This document shows positions 49,844-63,082 of a DNA stretch of 64,000 nucleotides, one piece after another; position 1 is the stretch's first letter; each line of letters opens with the position of its first letter. The position numbers and the translations under genes were made by a program. The stretch is from positions 32,915-96,914 of the forward strand of contig CAWHFO010000047.1 in NCBI GenBank assembly GCA_963828215.1, given 5' to 3'. The DNA comes from an uncultured Alphaproteobacteria bacterium (GTDB lineage Bacteria > Pseudomonadota > Alphaproteobacteria > Geminicoccales > Geminicoccaceae). A model generated the notes under the pieces. The model was not told the origin of the DNA, searched no databases, and saw only the letters and a list, made by a program, of their open reading frames with translations.

Positions 49844-50704
49844 TCAGCCCAGCTCCTTGTGCAGGAACTCGATCGTCCGGCCCCAGGCGAGCTTTGCCGC
49901 CTCGGGATCGTAGCGGGCCTCCGAGGTGTCGTTGTTGAAGGCGTGGTTGGCGCCCTCATAGACAAAAACCTGATAGCTGACGCCGGCCGCGTCGAGGGCC
50001 TTCTTGTAGTCGGGGATCGTCGCATTGGTGCGCTGGTCGAGCCCCGCATAGTGCAGCATCAGGGCGGCCTTGATGTCGGGAACGGCGGCGAGGCTCGGCG
50101 CCATGCCGTAATAGGCGACCGCGGCCTTGAGATCCGGCGCCTTGGTGGCGGTGGCGTTGACGAGGCTGCCGCCCCAGCAGAAGCCGACGATGCCCACCTT
50201 GCCGGTCGATTCGGGCCGCGCCTCGAGCCATTTGATGGCGGCACCCGCTTCGGCCACGGCGTCGCCCTGCTTCAGCTTGCCGATCATGTCGCGGGCCTGG
50301 TCCTCGTCCTTGGGCGTGCCGCCCATGGAGGAGAGCAGGTCCGGCGCCAGCGCCTCGAAGCCCGCGAGCGCCAGCCGGCGCGCCACGTCCTCGATATGCG
50401 CGTTGAGCCCGCGGTTCTCGTGAATGACGACCACGCCAGGGAGCTTGCCGGTGGCCCCGGCGGGCTTGGCCAGATAGCCCTTCACCTCGCCGCCGGGTCC
50501 CGGGAACGAGACCTGCTCCGTCGCCACCTTGGGATCGTCGGGCGGCACGATGGCGGCCTTGGCGGAATTGGCCTGGAGCAGCGGCACGAGCGCCGCCGCC
50601 GCGGCGGCGCTGCCGGCGAGCTGGGTCAGGCGAGCCATGAACAGCCGCCGATCGAGCCCCTCATGCGTGAACTGGTCGTAGAGGTCGATGATCTCCTGCC
50701 GCAT
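49844..50704 (-). CDS. Dienelactone hydrolase-family protein with Tat-like leader
   Basis: Motifs are [43 protein letters not shown] and [11 protein letters not shown]. Confidence 0.8.
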   Translation of the reverse strand: MRQEIIDLYDQFTHEGLDRRLFMARLTQLAGSAAAAAALVPLLQANSAKAAIVPPDDPKVATEQVSFPGPGGEVKGYLAKPAGATGKLPGVVVIHENRGLNAHIEDVARRLALAGFEALAPDLLSSMGGTPKDEDQARDMIGKLKQGDAVAEAGAAIKWLEARPESTGKVGIVGFCWGGSLVNATATKAPDLKAAVAYYGMAPSLAAVPDIKAALMLHYAGLDQRTNATIPDYKKALDAAGVSYQVFVYEGANHAFNNDTSEARYDPEAAKLAWGRTIEFLHKELG

Positions 50705-50813
50705 CTTTGATCTCTCCCCGATTGAGACCCCCGGAGCGGCCGAGCGCCGCATCCCCGAGCATCGGTCCGCGGAGTCCTGGGCGCCCCGCCGACGCTCCGC
50801 TATAAGCGCGCGC

Positions 50814-52151
50814 ATGCCACGACCATCGCCCGCGCCACAGCGACCCCCGAGGGTCGGCATGGTGAGCCTCGGCTGCCCCAAGGCGCTCGTCGACAGCGAG
50901 CGCATCCTCACGCGGCTGCGCGCCGAAGGATATGCGCTCTCCCCCTCCTATGACGATGCCGATCTCGTGCTTGTGAACACCTGCGGTTTCCTCGACAGCG
51001 CCAAGCAGGAGTTGCTCTCGGCGATCGGCGAGGCCATGGCCGAGAACGGCCGCGTCATCGTCACCGGCTGCATGGGCGTCGAGAGCGAGAGGATCCGCCA
51101 GAGCTTTCCGGGCGTGCTGGCCGTCACCGGCCCCCACCAGTACGAGGCGGTGGTCGAGGCGGTCCATGCGGCCCTGCCGCCGGCCCACGATCCCTTTTTT
51201 GATCTTGTCCCGCCCGAGGGCATCCGGCTGACGCCCCGGCACTTCGCCTATCTCAAGATCTCCGAGGGCTGCAACCACCACTGCAGCTTCTGCATCATCC
51301 CCTCGATGCGCGGCCGGCTCGCCAGCCGGCCGGCCAGCCACGTGCTGCACGAGGCCGAGCGGCTGGCCAGGGCCGGCGTGAAGGAGCTGCTGGTCATCTC
51401 GCAGGACACGAGCGCCTACGGGGTCGATCTCCGCCATGCCGAGACGAGCTGGCACGGCCGCCCGGTCAAGGCGCGCCTTACCCAGCTCTGCGAGGCCCTG
51501 GGCGAGCTCGGGATCTGGGTGCGGCTGCACTACGTCTACCCCTACCCCCATGTCGACGAGCTCGTGCCGCTGATGGCCGAGGGAAAGATTCTTCCCTATC
51601 TCGACATCCCCTTCCAGCACGCGAGCCCCAGGGTCCTGAAGGCGATGCGGCGCCCGGCGAACCAGGAGAAGGTGCTCGAGCGGCTCGGGCGGTGGCGGGA
51701 GATCTGCCCCGAGATCGTCGTCCGCTCGACCTTCATCGTCGGCTTCCCGGGCGAGACCGAGGCCGATTTTTCGTATCTGCTCGACTGGCTCGAGACGGCC
51801 CGGCTCGATCGGGTCGGGTGCTTCCGCTACGAGGACGTCGCGGGTGCCGCCGCCAACGACCTTTCCGGCCACCTGCCCGACGAGGTCAAGGAGGAGCGCT
51901 GGCACCGCTTCATGGCCACCCAGCAGGGGATCAGCGAAAAAAAGCTGGAGGGCCGTGTCGGGATGACCATGGCCGTGCTGGTCGACCAGGTCGAGGAGGG
52001 CCGGGCGATCGGCCGCTCCTACGCCGATGCGCCCGAGATCGACGGCACCGTCGTCGTCGAGGACGGCGGGCACCTGAGGCCGGGCGATCTCGTTGATGTC
52101 CTGATCACCGCCGCCGACGCCTACGACCTTTCCGGCCGGCTCGCCGCCTAG
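50814..52151 (+). CDS. rimO: Ribosomal protein S12 methylthiotransferase
   Basis: Motifs are [23 protein letters not shown], the radical-SAM [18 protein letters not shown] and a TRAM C-terminus. Confidence 0.9.
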   Translation: MPRPSPAPQRPPRVGMVSLGCPKALVDSERILTRLRAEGYALSPSYDDADLVLVNTCGFLDSAKQELLSAIGEAMAENGRVIVTGCMGVESERIRQSFPGVLAVTGPHQYEAVVEAVHAALPPAHDPFFDLVPPEGIRLTPRHFAYLKISEGCNHHCSFCIIPSMRGRLASRPASHVLHEAERLARAGVKELLVISQDTSAYGVDLRHAETSWHGRPVKARLTQLCEALGELGIWVRLHYVYPYPHVDELVPLMAEGKILPYLDIPFQHASPRVLKAMRRPANQEKVLERLGRWREICPEIVVRSTFIVGFPGETEADFSYLLDWLETARLDRVGCFRYEDVAGAAANDLSGHLPDEVKEERWHRFMATQQGISEKKLEGRVGMTMAVLVDQVEEGRAIGRSYADAPEIDGTVVVEDGGHLRPGDLVDVLITAADAYDLSGRLAA

Positions 52152-52203
52152 CAGCCGAGTCGCGGCCCGGTCTCGAGCGGCGCCACGAAGGAGACGCCGG
52201 AGG

Positions 52204-53671
52204 ATGCGCCTCGTCGGGCCGGTCGTGCACTTCCGCGGCCAGAAGAAAAGACTCTGGCGACTGGCCGTGCTGCTGGTGCTGGAGGTGGCGGACCCCGCGC
52301 CGCCGCCTCTGCTGGCGGCCGACACGGAGGCACAGGCGAGCCGCATCGCGACGCGCGGCGACTGGGCCTTCTGGCGCTACGATTTTTCGCTGGAGCTCGG
52401 CCCGGAGCCGGCCTCCGTCCCCTATCGCATCGGCGAGGAGAGCTGGACGCTGGCGCTGCCCGCGGCGAGCGGCGGGCGGCACATCGCCTACACCGCCTGC
52501 AACGGCACCGAGGAGGAGGACAGGGGCAACACCCAGTCCGACCGCAACCTCCTCTGGCGCCAGCTCGCCCAGGAGCACGAGCGCCGGCCCTTCTGTCTCC
52601 TGCTGCAGGGCGGCGATCAGCTCTATGCCGACACGATCTGGGAGGACGTCCCGGAGCTGAGGGCCTGGCAGAAGCTGGGCTGGCGGGCCGGGAACGAGGC
52701 GCCCTTCACGGCGGAGATGGCCCTGAGCGCTGCCGCCTACTATCGGGACCGCTACCGCTGGGTCTGGACCCAGCCCGACATCGGGGCCGTCCTCGCGCGC
52801 ATCCCCTCGGTGATGATGTGGGACGACCACGACGTCTTCGACGGCTGGGGAAGCTGGCCGCCCGCGCGCCAGGACTGCCCCGTCTTCCAGGGCGTGGCCG
52901 CCGCCGCCCGCGACGGCTTTGCCCTCTTCCAGCTCGCCGCCCCACCGGACGAGCTGCCGGAAGGCTTCGCCGACCGGCAGGGCGGCCAGTTCGGCTGTGC
53001 CTGGCCCCTGGGCGGGATCGGTCTCCTGGTCCCCGACCTGCGCTCGGAGCGGACCGCCCTGCGCGTCATGGGCGACGGCGGCTGGCGGGCGCTCGAGCGC
53101 AACCTTCGAGGCGCTCGGCGACTGCCGCCACCTCCTGGTCATGTCGAGCGTGCCCCTGGTCAACACCGGCCTCAGGCGGATCGAGCGCCTGCTCGTCGCC
53201 TGTCCCGGACACCAGAGCCTGCAGGACGATCTGCGCGACCAGTGGCAGAGCTACGGCCACCGCGACGAGTGGCGGCGGATGCTGACCCGCCTCGCCGACT
53301 TCGCGGAGCAAACCGGCGCCCGCGTCACCTCGCTCTCCGGCGAGATCCACCTGGGCGCTCTGGGACTCGTCGAGCGCGGCGCCACCCGGATGCACGAGCT
53401 GACCTCCTCGGGCATCGTCAACCCGCCGCCGTCGGCAGCGGTGGTGGCGGCCTACGACCTGCTGGGTCGGCAGACGATGCATCTCGGACCGGATCTCACG
53501 GTGAGGCTGCTCACCATCCCCGGCCACGGCAAACGCTACCTGCGCGAGCGCAACTGGCTCTCGCTCGACCTCGACGGCGAGGGCGGCCTCGACGCCACCT
53601 GGCACACCGCCCGCGGCCCCGCCGGCCGGCTCACCCTGGACGCTCTCCCTGCGCCAGGCGCTCCTCGATGA
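52204..53671 (+). CDS. PhoD-like metallophosphatase-family protein, extra base ~53101
   Basis: Motifs are IAYTACNG, LLQGGDQLYAD and MMWDDHDVFDGWGSW. After the shift, LLVMSSVPLV...LSGEIHLGAL follows in listed ORF 52919-53671. The family call is from memory of motif style only. Confidence 0.5.
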
Positions 53672-54442
53672 GGTCGAGGATCGGGAGAAGGTCGGCGACG
53701 CCGTCGATGACGTAGTCGGCGCCGGCGGCGCGTCAGCCGCGCAGCCGACGCGGTGGCGGATGACATCGCGGTCGCGCTCGGTCAGGGCCGCGAGCTCGGC
53801 TTCAGTGAGCCCGCAATGGTTGCCGGTGAGGGTGACGCCGACGGTCCAGGAGCCGGCGGCCCGGCCCTCCAGGATGCCCGGCTCGGTGTCGTCGACCTTG
53901 ACCACGGCCGAGGCCGGCCAGACGGCGAGGTCGAGGAAGCATCTGTACATCATCAGCGGCGTCGGGCGGCCGGCCGGGAGGTCGCCGGCGCAGACGAGGT
54001 TGTCGGGCGCATAGCCCTGCGCCGCCGCCACGGGCAGCAGCCGCTCCATGATCGGGCGCGTGTAGCCCGTCGTGCTGCCGACCCTGAGGCCGCGCTCGCG
54101 GAGCCGGCGCACCGTCTCGAGGGCGCCGGGCACGAGCCGGCCGTAGTCGGCCACGACCTCGGCGTTCCTGGGCACGAAGGCGGCATAGACGGCGTCGATG
54201 GCGGCCTCGTCCGGGGCGCCGCCGTGCCGGGCGGCCCAGGCCCGGGCGATGCGCGGCATCGCCATCAGGGCCGCGATATGGTCGCGCTTGGGCAGGCCCA
54301 TGGGCTGCCGCGCCTCGTCGATCCCGATCTCCACCCCGAACGACGAAAAGGTCTCGACGAAGACGCCCATCGGGGCCCGCGAGCCATGGTCGACCATGGT
54401 GCCGGCCCAGTCGAAGACGACCGCCTTCAAGGTCTTTGTCAT
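53631..54442 (-). CDS. phnX: Phosphonoacetaldehyde hydrolase, 1-nt deletion ~53725
   Basis: MTKTLKAVVFDWAGTMVDHGSRAPMGVFVETF (HAD DxAGT with catalytic Lys region), GSTTGYTR and KVDDTEPGILEG precede the break. After it, the tail reads AGADYVIDGVADLLPILDLIEERL. The start overlaps the upstream stop (ATGA). Confidence 0.85.
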
Positions 54443-55573
54443 CTGGTCCCTCCGGGCAGGCCGGCCAGCACCTCCTCGGCGATGGCGAAGGCGGTGCTCG
54501 CACCCGTGCCGCTCGTGACGATGACGATACGCAGCTCCGGTGACGGGCTGTCGACCAGCATCAGGCGGTCGGATGCGGAGGCGTAGGTGCCCGGTCCAGC
54601 GCTCCGTCACCCGGGCCTCGGGCAGATCGAGCGTGCGGTGCAGCTCGTCCATGATGATCGCATCGACCGCCTCGGGCGCGAAGGGGTCCGGCGTCGGGGC
54701 GTAGTGGTGCGAATCGCCGACCACGAGGGAGCCGTCGGCCCCCTGGACGACGATCAGATGGACGCCGTGCTCGAGGGCCTCCGGCTGCTCCCGCTCGATG
54801 ACCCGGCGCAGGGCGGCGGCCTCGGGCAGTGCCGCATAGCCCAGATAGCGGACGAGGCTGAGGTCGGCCATCACGGCCCCGGGCAGCCGCCAGCCGCTGC
54901 GGCCCGGATCGACCCGCAGCATGTGGAGCTTGCAGCGCGTGAGGCCGTAGACGGAAATCCGGTCGGGAAAGAGTGACAAAAAATCGTCGCCGGGGCAGAC
55001 GATGACGGCGCCGGCCTCGATCGGGCCGGCGGTGGTGTCGAGGCGGCCACCGTCGACGGCGCGGACCTGGACCCGGCGCCGTATCGTGACGCCCCGGCTC
55101 TCGAGCCAGGCCGCGAGCTTGGGGATGGCGGTGCGGCTCTCGACACGTACATCGTGGGGGCTCCACAAGGCGCCGGCGAGCGGGCCCGGCGCCAGCATCG
55201 GGCAGCGGCGGCGGGCCGCATCGGCGCCCAGAAGCTCGCAGCCCTCGCCCATCTCGGTCGCGGAGAAGGCCTCCAGCACCGCCAGCGCCTCGGGCCGCCG
55301 CGCCGCGACGAGCAGGCCGCGGTGCAGGATCTCGATCCCCGCCGGGGCGGCGACGCGCTCCCAGATCCCGGCCGTGCGGCGGGCGCGCTCCCAGCAGGCG
55401 CCCCGCTCCTGGCCGGTGACGGTGATGAAGCCGAAATTGCGGATCGAGGCGCCGTTGGCCTGGGCATCGCGATCGAGCACGACCACCTTCAGGCCGCGCT
55501 CGATGGCCGCCAGGGCATGGGCCAGGCCGACGATGCCGGCGCCGACGATGGCGAGGTCGAAGCCTTCTTTCAT
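54439..55573 (-). CDS. FAD-dependent oxidoreductase (DAO-like, phosphonate-cluster type), frame break ~54591
   Basis: FDLAIVGAGIVGLAHALAA (FAD fold) and ASIRNFGF precede the break. After it, the tail reads GTYASASDRLMLVDSPSPELRIVIVTSGTGASTAFAIAEE. Confidence 0.75.
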
Positions 55574-55765
55574 CGCCAGAAGCTGGACTCCTCGCGAGCC
55601 GCTTGGCAAGCGGCTCGGGCCCGCCTCATAAAGTGCGGGCCCGAAGCCGCAGCGACGGCGGGGCGACGACAGGGAACGACACGATGCGCGCGATGATCCG
55701 ATTGGCCGTAGCGGCGGCCGTTCTTGCGGCCGGACTCGAGCCTGGGCGCCGTGCAGTAGAGGGCG

Positions 55766-56774
55766 TCAGCTTCCGCCGGCAGCCGCGGGCGCCGGCAGAT
55801 CGCCCGCGAAGTGGCAGGCGGCCAGATGGCCGGGCGCGTGCTCGCGCAGGGGCGGGGTCTCCTCGCGGCAAATCCGCTGCGCGAACGGGCAGCGGGTGTG
55901 GAAGTGGCAGCCCGGCGGCGGGTTTATCGGGCTCGGCACGTCCCCCTCGATGATGAGCTTCTCCCGGCTCGCCCGCGGGTCGGGGACCGGGGCCGAGGAC
56001 AGGAGCGCCAGCGAGTAGGGGTGGAGCGGCTGCGCGAAAAGCGCGTCCCGCGAGGCCAGCTCGACGATGCGGCCGAGATACATGACGGCGATGCGCTGGC
56101 CCACATGCTCGACCACGGCGAGGTCGTGGGCGATGAAGAGGTAGGCGAGATGAAGCTCGGCCTGCAGGTCGAGGACGAGGTTCAGGACCTGGGCCTGGAC
56201 GGAGACGTCGAGGGCCGAGACCGGCTCGTCGGCGACGATGACCGCGGGATTGACGGCGAGCGCCCTGGCGATGCCGAGGCGCTGGCGCTGGCCGCCCGAG
56301 AACTCGTAGGGATAGCGGCGCATGGCGTCGGCCCGGAGCCCGACCTTCTCGAGGAGAGCGGCCACCAGCTCGTCCCGTCGCCGGCCCCGCGCGATGCCGA
56401 AATTGCTGAGCGGCTCGCCCACGATCTCGCCGGCCGTCAGGCGCGGGTTCAACGAGGCGTAGGGGTCCTGGAAGACGAGCTGGAGCTCGCGCCGGCAGTC
56501 GCGCAGCGCCTCGCCGCCGAGGCGGCTGATGTCCCGGCCCTCCAGCAGGATCTGGCCCTCGGTCGGCTCCAGCAGCCGGGTGACGAGGCGGCCGACGGTC
56601 GACTTGCCGCAGCCCGATTCGCCGACGAGGCAAAGAATCTCGCCGCGGGCGATGCGTGAAGGAGACGCCGTCGACCGCCTTGACCTCGGCGACGGTGCGC
56701 GACAGGAGGCCGCGGCGGACGGGAAAGTACTTCTTGAGGCCCTTGACCTCGAGGACGGGCCCCTCGGAGGCGGC

Positions 56775-56778
<4 letters not shown>
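55766..56778 (-). CDS. dppF: Peptide ABC transporter ATP-binding protein (DppF/OppF-like), ≥1 frame break (~56653); start uncertain
   Basis: [14 protein letters not shown]...[10 protein letters not shown] is followed, after the shift, by [27 protein letters not shown]-type [26 protein letters not shown] and the C-terminal [13 protein letters not shown]. Confidence 0.8.
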
Positions 56779-57833
<1,055 letters not shown>

Positions 57834-57837
<4 letters not shown>

Positions 57838-58718
57838 ATGCGCCTCCGGATGCGGGGATCGAGGCGGTCGCGCAGGCCGTCGCCCAGGAGATTGACGGCG
57901 AGCACGACGACCGCGAGGCAGATGCCCGGAAAAAAGATCGGCCAGGGGGCGACCTGGAAATAGAGCCGGCCGCCGGCGATCATGTTGCCCCAGGTCGGGA
58001 TCTCGGGCGGCACGCCGGCGCCGAGGAAGCTCAGGCCCGCCTCGGTGAGGATCGCCGAGGCCACGATGTAGGTGGCCTGCACCACGAGCGGGGCCACGGT
58101 GTTGGGCAGGATGTGGCGCAGGAGGATGCGGTGGCGCCGGGTGCCCGACGCGATGGCCGCGTCGATATAGGGCTGCTCGCGGACCGTCAGCACGACACTG
58201 CGGACGAGCCGGACGACCCGGGGCACCTCGGGGATGGTGATGGCCACGATGACGATGCCGACCCCGCCCCTGGTCAGCGCCACGAGCGCTATGGCGAGGA
58301 GGATCGAGGGGATCGCCATCAGGCCGTCCATCAGGCGCATCAGCACCGAATCGACGCGCCTGAAGAAGCCGGCGACGAGGCCGAGCAGCGTGCCGACGAC
58401 GATCGAGACGATCGCCACCGAGAACCCGACGATCAGCGAGACGCGCGAGCCGAAGACGGTGCGCGCGTAGACGTCGCGGCCGAGATTGTCGGTGCCGAAC
58501 CAGAAGGCGGCACTGGGGGGCTTCAGCCGGTTGACCGGATTGAAGCCGATCGGGTCGCCGGCGACGAGGGGCGCGGCCAGAGCCACGGCCACCATCAGGA
58601 GCAGGACGAGGCCGCCCACGACGATCGTGGGATTCCGTCGCAGGAAGGTCCGGGCGACGGCGGCGGCCGGCGCACGGGTGCCCGCGATCGCGGCGGCCTG
58701 AAGGCTCGAGACGGCCAT
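57834..58718 (-). CDS. dppC: Peptide ABC transporter permease (DppC/OppC-like)
   Basis: It has 6 TM segments. Motifs are [14 protein letters not shown] and the EAA-type loop [23 protein letters not shown]. Confidence 0.85.
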
Positions 58719-58725
58719 GCGGGGC

Positions 58726-59668
58726 TCAGTAGCTGATGCGCGGATCGAGCACGGTGTAGAGGATGTCGACCCCCAGATTGACCAGGACGTAGATGCCTGA
58801 GAACACGAGGATCACTCCCTGGATGATGGGATAGTCGCGGCGCAGGATCGCGTCGACCACGAGCCGCCCGACGCCCGGGATGTTGAAGACGCTCTCGGTG
58901 ATGACGACGCCGCCGATCAGCAGCGCCACGCCGATGCCGACGACCGTGGTGATCGGCACCGCGGCGTTCTTCAGCGCGTGGCGGATCAGCATGCGGCCGG
59001 TGCCGACCCCCTTGGCGCGGGCCGTGCGGATATAGTCCTCGGCCAGCACGTCGAGCATCGAGGCGCGGGTGATGCGGGCGATGAGCGCCACATAGGCGAG
59101 GCCGAGGGCGATGCTGGGCAGCACGAGATGGCTGAGCCACGGGCCGACGCCCTGCTCGATCGGCACATAGCCCTGCACCGGCAGCCAGCGCAGCTTCATC
59201 GAGAAGACGTAGACCAGGAGATATCCCACCACGAAGACCGGGACCGAGAAGCCGCAGACGGCGAAGATCATGACCGACCGGTCGATCCAGCTGCCGACCC
59301 GCCAGGCCGCGAGGACGCCGATCGTCAGGGCGATCGAGAGCGCCACGACGAGGGTGGTCAGGCTGAGCGCCAGGGTCGGCTGGGCCCGCTGGAGGATGAG
59401 CTGGGCCACCGGCCGGCCCGAGAAGATCGAGGTGCCGAGATCGCCCTGGACGAGGTGCCAGATCCAGATGCCGAACTGCTGCCAGATCGGCTCGTCGAGA
59501 CCGAGATTGGCCGCGGATCTTGGCGATCTGCTCGGGCGTCACATTGTCGCCGGCGATGATCGCCGCCGGATCGCCCGGCGCCAGCCGCAGCAGCAGGAAG
59601 ACAAAAACCGCCACCAGCAGCATGACGGGCAGCGTCGCGATCACGCGCCGGACGACGTAGGCGAGCAA
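58726..59668 (-). CDS. dppB: Peptide ABC transporter permease (DppB/OppB-like), extra base ~59511
   Basis: MLAYVVRRVIATLPVMLLVAVFVFLLLRLAPGDP is followed, after the shift, by ANLGLDEPIWQQFGIW...EDYIRTARAKGV...LDPRISY. Confidence 0.85.
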
Positions 59669-59730
59669 GGGCTACTCCGCTTCGGGCCGGGGCGGCCCCG
59701 GCACGCGGCCGGGATCGCCCCTCCCGAGCC

Positions 59731-61338
59731 TCAGGCCTGGGACTTCTTCATGCCCCAGAAGGGAATGACCTCCGGCACCGCGACCACGTCGGAGATCGTG
59801 CTCCGATAGGCGACCGGCGCCACCCACTGGCCGTAGACGCCCATATAGACGAAGTCGTAGCCGTTCTGCTGCAGCTCGCGGGCGACCGCCTGGCGCGCCT
59901 CGAGGGTCGGTGCCGCCGCCCACTCGTCCCTGAGCTTCTCCTGCTTCTCGTTGGACGGCCAGCCGTACCAGGCCTTCTCGCCGTTGCAGGCATGGGCCAC
60001 GAGGGCGATCGGGTTGGAGGTGGCGAGGCCGCTGCCGTAAGTCAGGAAGATATTCCAGCCACCCTGATCAACGGGACCCTTGACGGCCCGGCGGGTGACG
60101 ACGCCGCCCCAGTCGGAGGCGGCGAGCTGAACATTGGCGTCGGCGCCGCGCAGGAGCTGGGCGGTCACCTCGGCGGCGGCGCTGATGACCGGGACATCGG
60201 TCGGCTGGAGGATGACGATCGGCCGGCCGTCATAGCCCCCCTTCTTCAGAAGCTCCTTGGCGAGCTTGTAGTCGGGCGCCGTCTTCATCCAGCCGAGATT
60301 GGCGTCGTTCTCCATGTTCGTGCCGCAGCCGAAGAGCGAGCCGCAGATCTTGTAGTAGTCGGCGTTGCCGACCGCCGCCTGCATGTACTGCTTGATGTCC
60401 ATGAGATGCAGCATCGCCCGCCGCACATCGACATTGTCGAAGGGCGGCTGCAGGAAGTTCAGGCGCAGATAGCCGACATTGCCGAGCTTGTTCAGCACCT
60501 GGGTCTTGATGTCGGGGTTGCCCTGGAACGTGCCGATCAGGTCGAGCGGCGGGGTCTCGTAGAAGTCGATCTCGCCGGCCTGCAGCGCCGCCATCGCGGT
60601 CTGCGCATCGGCCATGTTGCTCCATTCGACGCCGTCGATATGGACGACCTTGCCGCCCGCGATGCCGCTCGGCGGCTCCTTCCTGGGGACGTAGTCGGGA
60701 TTCTTCTCGTAGACGACCTTGCTGCCCGGAACCCACTTGTCGGCGACGAAGCGGAAGGGGCCGGACCCGATCGTGTCCTTGACCTGGGTGTTCGGGTCGG
60801 TCTCGGCGTCCTTCTGCCGCATCATCCAACAGAGCGGCGTGCTGGTCTTGGCCAGGAGGTCGAGGACGAGGCCATAGGGCTCCATGAGGCGGATCTCGAA
60901 GGAGCCCTTGCCCGTCGGCACGATCTCCTTCACCCGCCTCATCATGTGCTGGCCGCCGCCGTCGCGGGCGGCCCAGCGCTTGATGGAGGCCACGCAATCC
61001 TCCGCCGTCACCGGCGTCCCGTCGTGCCAGCCGAGGCCGTCGCGGAGCTTGAAGCCGTAGACGAGGCTGTCGTCACTGAGCGTCCAGGTGTCGACCATCT
61101 GCGGCTGGGGCTTCATGTCGGCGTCGATGCCGAAGAGCGTGTCGTAGATCAGGCCCCCGTGATAGGCGGTGACATTGGCCGTGGTCCAGATCGGGTCCAG
61201 GACCTGGAGGGCGCCGTAGGGAACGAAGCGGACCACGTTGGCCCCCTGGGCCCGAGCGAGGCGAGGCCCGAGGCCGAGGCCGGCGATCGAGGCCAGGCCG
61301 AGGCTGCCGTGGATGAGTTGGCGGCGGGTGGTACGCAT
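59731..61338 (-). CDS. ABC transporter substrate-binding protein, family 5 (peptide/nickel), Tat signal
   Basis: Motifs are MRTTRRQLIHGSLGLASIAGLGLG...ARAQ, PYGALQVLDPIWTTA, DGTPVTAEDCVASIKRW and GPFRFVADKWVPGSKVVYEKNPDY. The frame is intact. Confidence 0.85.
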   Translation of the reverse strand: MRTTRRQLIHGSLGLASIAGLGLGPRLARAQGANVVRFVPYGALQVLDPIWTTANVTAYHGGLIYDTLFGIDADMKPQPQMVDTWTLSDDSLVYGFKLRDGLGWHDGTPVTAEDCVASIKRWAARDGGGQHMMRRVKEIVPTGKGSFEIRLMEPYGLVLDLLAKTSTPLCWMMRQKDAETDPNTQVKDTIGSGPFRFVADKWVPGSKVVYEKNPDYVPRKEPPSGIAGGKVVHIDGVEWSNMADAQTAMAALQAGEIDFYETPPLDLIGTFQGNPDIKTQVLNKLGNVGYLRLNFLQPPFDNVDVRRAMLHLMDIKQYMQAAVGNADYYKICGSLFGCGTNMENDANLGWMKTAPDYKLAKELLKKGGYDGRPIVILQPTDVPVISAAAEVTAQLLRGADANVQLAASDWGGVVTRRAVKGPVDQGGWNIFLTYGSGLATSNPIALVAHACNGEKAWYGWPSNEKQEKLRDEWAAAPTLEARQAVARELQQNGYDFVYMGVYGQWVAPVAYRSTISDVVAVPEVIPFWGMKKSQA

Positions 61339-61465
61339 CCGTTTCTTCCCTTCCCTTGTTGCCGGACCGCTCTCTGCGGGCCGGAGCGACCGCCGGACGG
61401 AACGCCGGCTCCAAGGCCCATCTGTTCACGATGGGCGGCGATGTTGCAAGCCCGGCGCGCCGATC

Positions 61466-63082
61466 CTAGGCCTGGGCCTTCTTCATCCCCCAGAAGGGGA
61501 TGATCCCCGGCGTCGCCAGGATGTCGGTCAGAACGGCGCGGTGGGCGACCGGGGCCACCCACTGGCCGAAGACGCACTCGATCACGAAGTCGTAGCCGTT
61601 CTGCTGGAGCTCGTCCGCGATCTTCTTGCGCGCCTCGAGCGTGGGTGCCGCCGCCCAGGCCTCCCTGAGCTGCTCCTGCTTCTCGTTCGACGGCCAGCCG
61701 TACCAGGCCTTGGGGCCGTTGGCCGCGGCCTCCGAGATCGCGATGGGATTGGCCATCGCCACGCCGCCGGCATAGGTGTGGAAGATGTTCCAGCCGCCCT
61801 GATCGACGGGGCCCTTGACGGCCCGGCGGGTCACGAGGCCGCCCCAGTCGGAGGCGGCGAGCTCGACCTTGACGTCGGCGCCGCGCAGCAGCTGGGCGGT
61901 CACCTCGCAGACGGTGCTCAGGATCGGCACGTCGGTCGGCTGGAGGATGACGACCGGCCGGCCGTCATAGCCGGCCTCCTTGAGGAGCTTCTTCGCGAGC
62001 TCGAAGTCCGGCGCCGTCTTCATCCAGTCGAGGGCGACGTCGCTCTCCATGGGCGTGCCGCAGCCGAGCAGCGAGCCGCAGATCCGATAGTAGTCGGGGT
62101 TGCCGATCGCGGCCTGCATGTACTGCTTCTGGTCGACCAGGTGCAGCATCGCCCGGCGCGCCTCGACCTTGTCGAAGGGCGGCTGGAGGTGGTTCATCCG
62201 CAGCTCGCCCACATTGCCGAGCTTGTTCAGGACCTGGATCTGGATGTCGGGATTGCCCTCGAAGGTGCCCAGCAGGTCGAGCGGCGGCGTCTCGTAGAGG
62301 TCGATCTCGCCCGCCTGCAGCGCCGCCATCGCCGTCTGCGCGTCGGCCATGTTGACCCACTCGACGCCGTCGACGTGGACGACCTTGCCGCCGGCCATCC
62401 CGCTCGGCGGCTCCTTCCTGGGCACATAGGCCGTGCTCTTCTCGTAGACGACCTTGCTGCCCGGGACCCACTTGTCGGCGACGAAGCGGAAGGGCCCCGA
62501 GCCGATCGTGTCCTTGATCTGGGTGTTGGGGTCGGTCTGCGCGTCCTTCTCGCGCATCATGAAGCAGGTGGGCGAGATGTTCTCGGCCAGGAGGTCGACG
62601 ACGAGGCCATAGGGCTCGGTGAGACGGATCTCGAAGGAGCCCTTTCCGGTCGGCAGGATCTCCTTGACCCGCTTCATCATCTGCTGGCCGCCCGCGGCCT
62701 TGCCCGCCCAGCGCTTGACCGAGGTGGCGCAGTCCGCACCCGTGACGGGCGTGCCGTCGTGCCAGGTCAGGCCGTCCCGGAGCGTGAAGCTGTAGACGAG
62801 CCGGTCGTCGCTGAGCTTCCAGCTCTCGACCATCTGCGGCTGCGGCCTCGCCGCCGCGTCGAGGCCGAAGAGCGTGTCGTAGATGAGCGCCCCGTGATAG
62901 GCGGTGACGTCCGCCGTGGTCCAGATCGGGTCCAGGACCTGAAGCGCCCCGTAGGGAACGAAGCGGACCACGTTGGCCCCCTGGGCCCGTGAGGCGCGCG
63001 GCCGGAGGCCGAGGGTGGCGATCGAGGCCGCGGCGAGGCTGCCGTGGATCAGCTGGCGGCGAGTGGCGTGCATCCGGTTCAT
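61466..63082 (-). CDS. ABC transporter substrate-binding protein, family 5; close paralog of 59731-61338
   Basis: The Tat leader is ATRRQLIHGSLAAASIATLGL. It is collinear with the neighbouring SBP over its whole length (roughly 75-80% identical residues by eye). Confidence 0.85.
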   Translation of the reverse strand: MNRMHATRRQLIHGSLAAASIATLGLRPRASRAQGANVVRFVPYGALQVLDPIWTTADVTAYHGALIYDTLFGLDAAARPQPQMVESWKLSDDRLVYSFTLRDGLTWHDGTPVTGADCATSVKRWAGKAAGGQQMMKRVKEILPTGKGSFEIRLTEPYGLVVDLLAENISPTCFMMREKDAQTDPNTQIKDTIGSGPFRFVADKWVPGSKVVYEKSTAYVPRKEPPSGMAGGKVVHVDGVEWVNMADAQTAMAALQAGEIDLYETPPLDLLGTFEGNPDIQIQVLNKLGNVGELRMNHLQPPFDKVEARRAMLHLVDQKQYMQAAIGNPDYYRICGSLLGCGTPMESDVALDWMKTAPDFELAKKLLKEAGYDGRPVVILQPTDVPILSTVCEVTAQLLRGADVKVELAASDWGGLVTRRAVKGPVDQGGWNIFHTYAGGVAMANPIAISEAAANGPKAWYGWPSNEKQEQLREAWAAAPTLEARKKIADELQQNGYDFVIECVFGQWVAPVAHRAVLTDILATPGIIPFWGMKKAQA

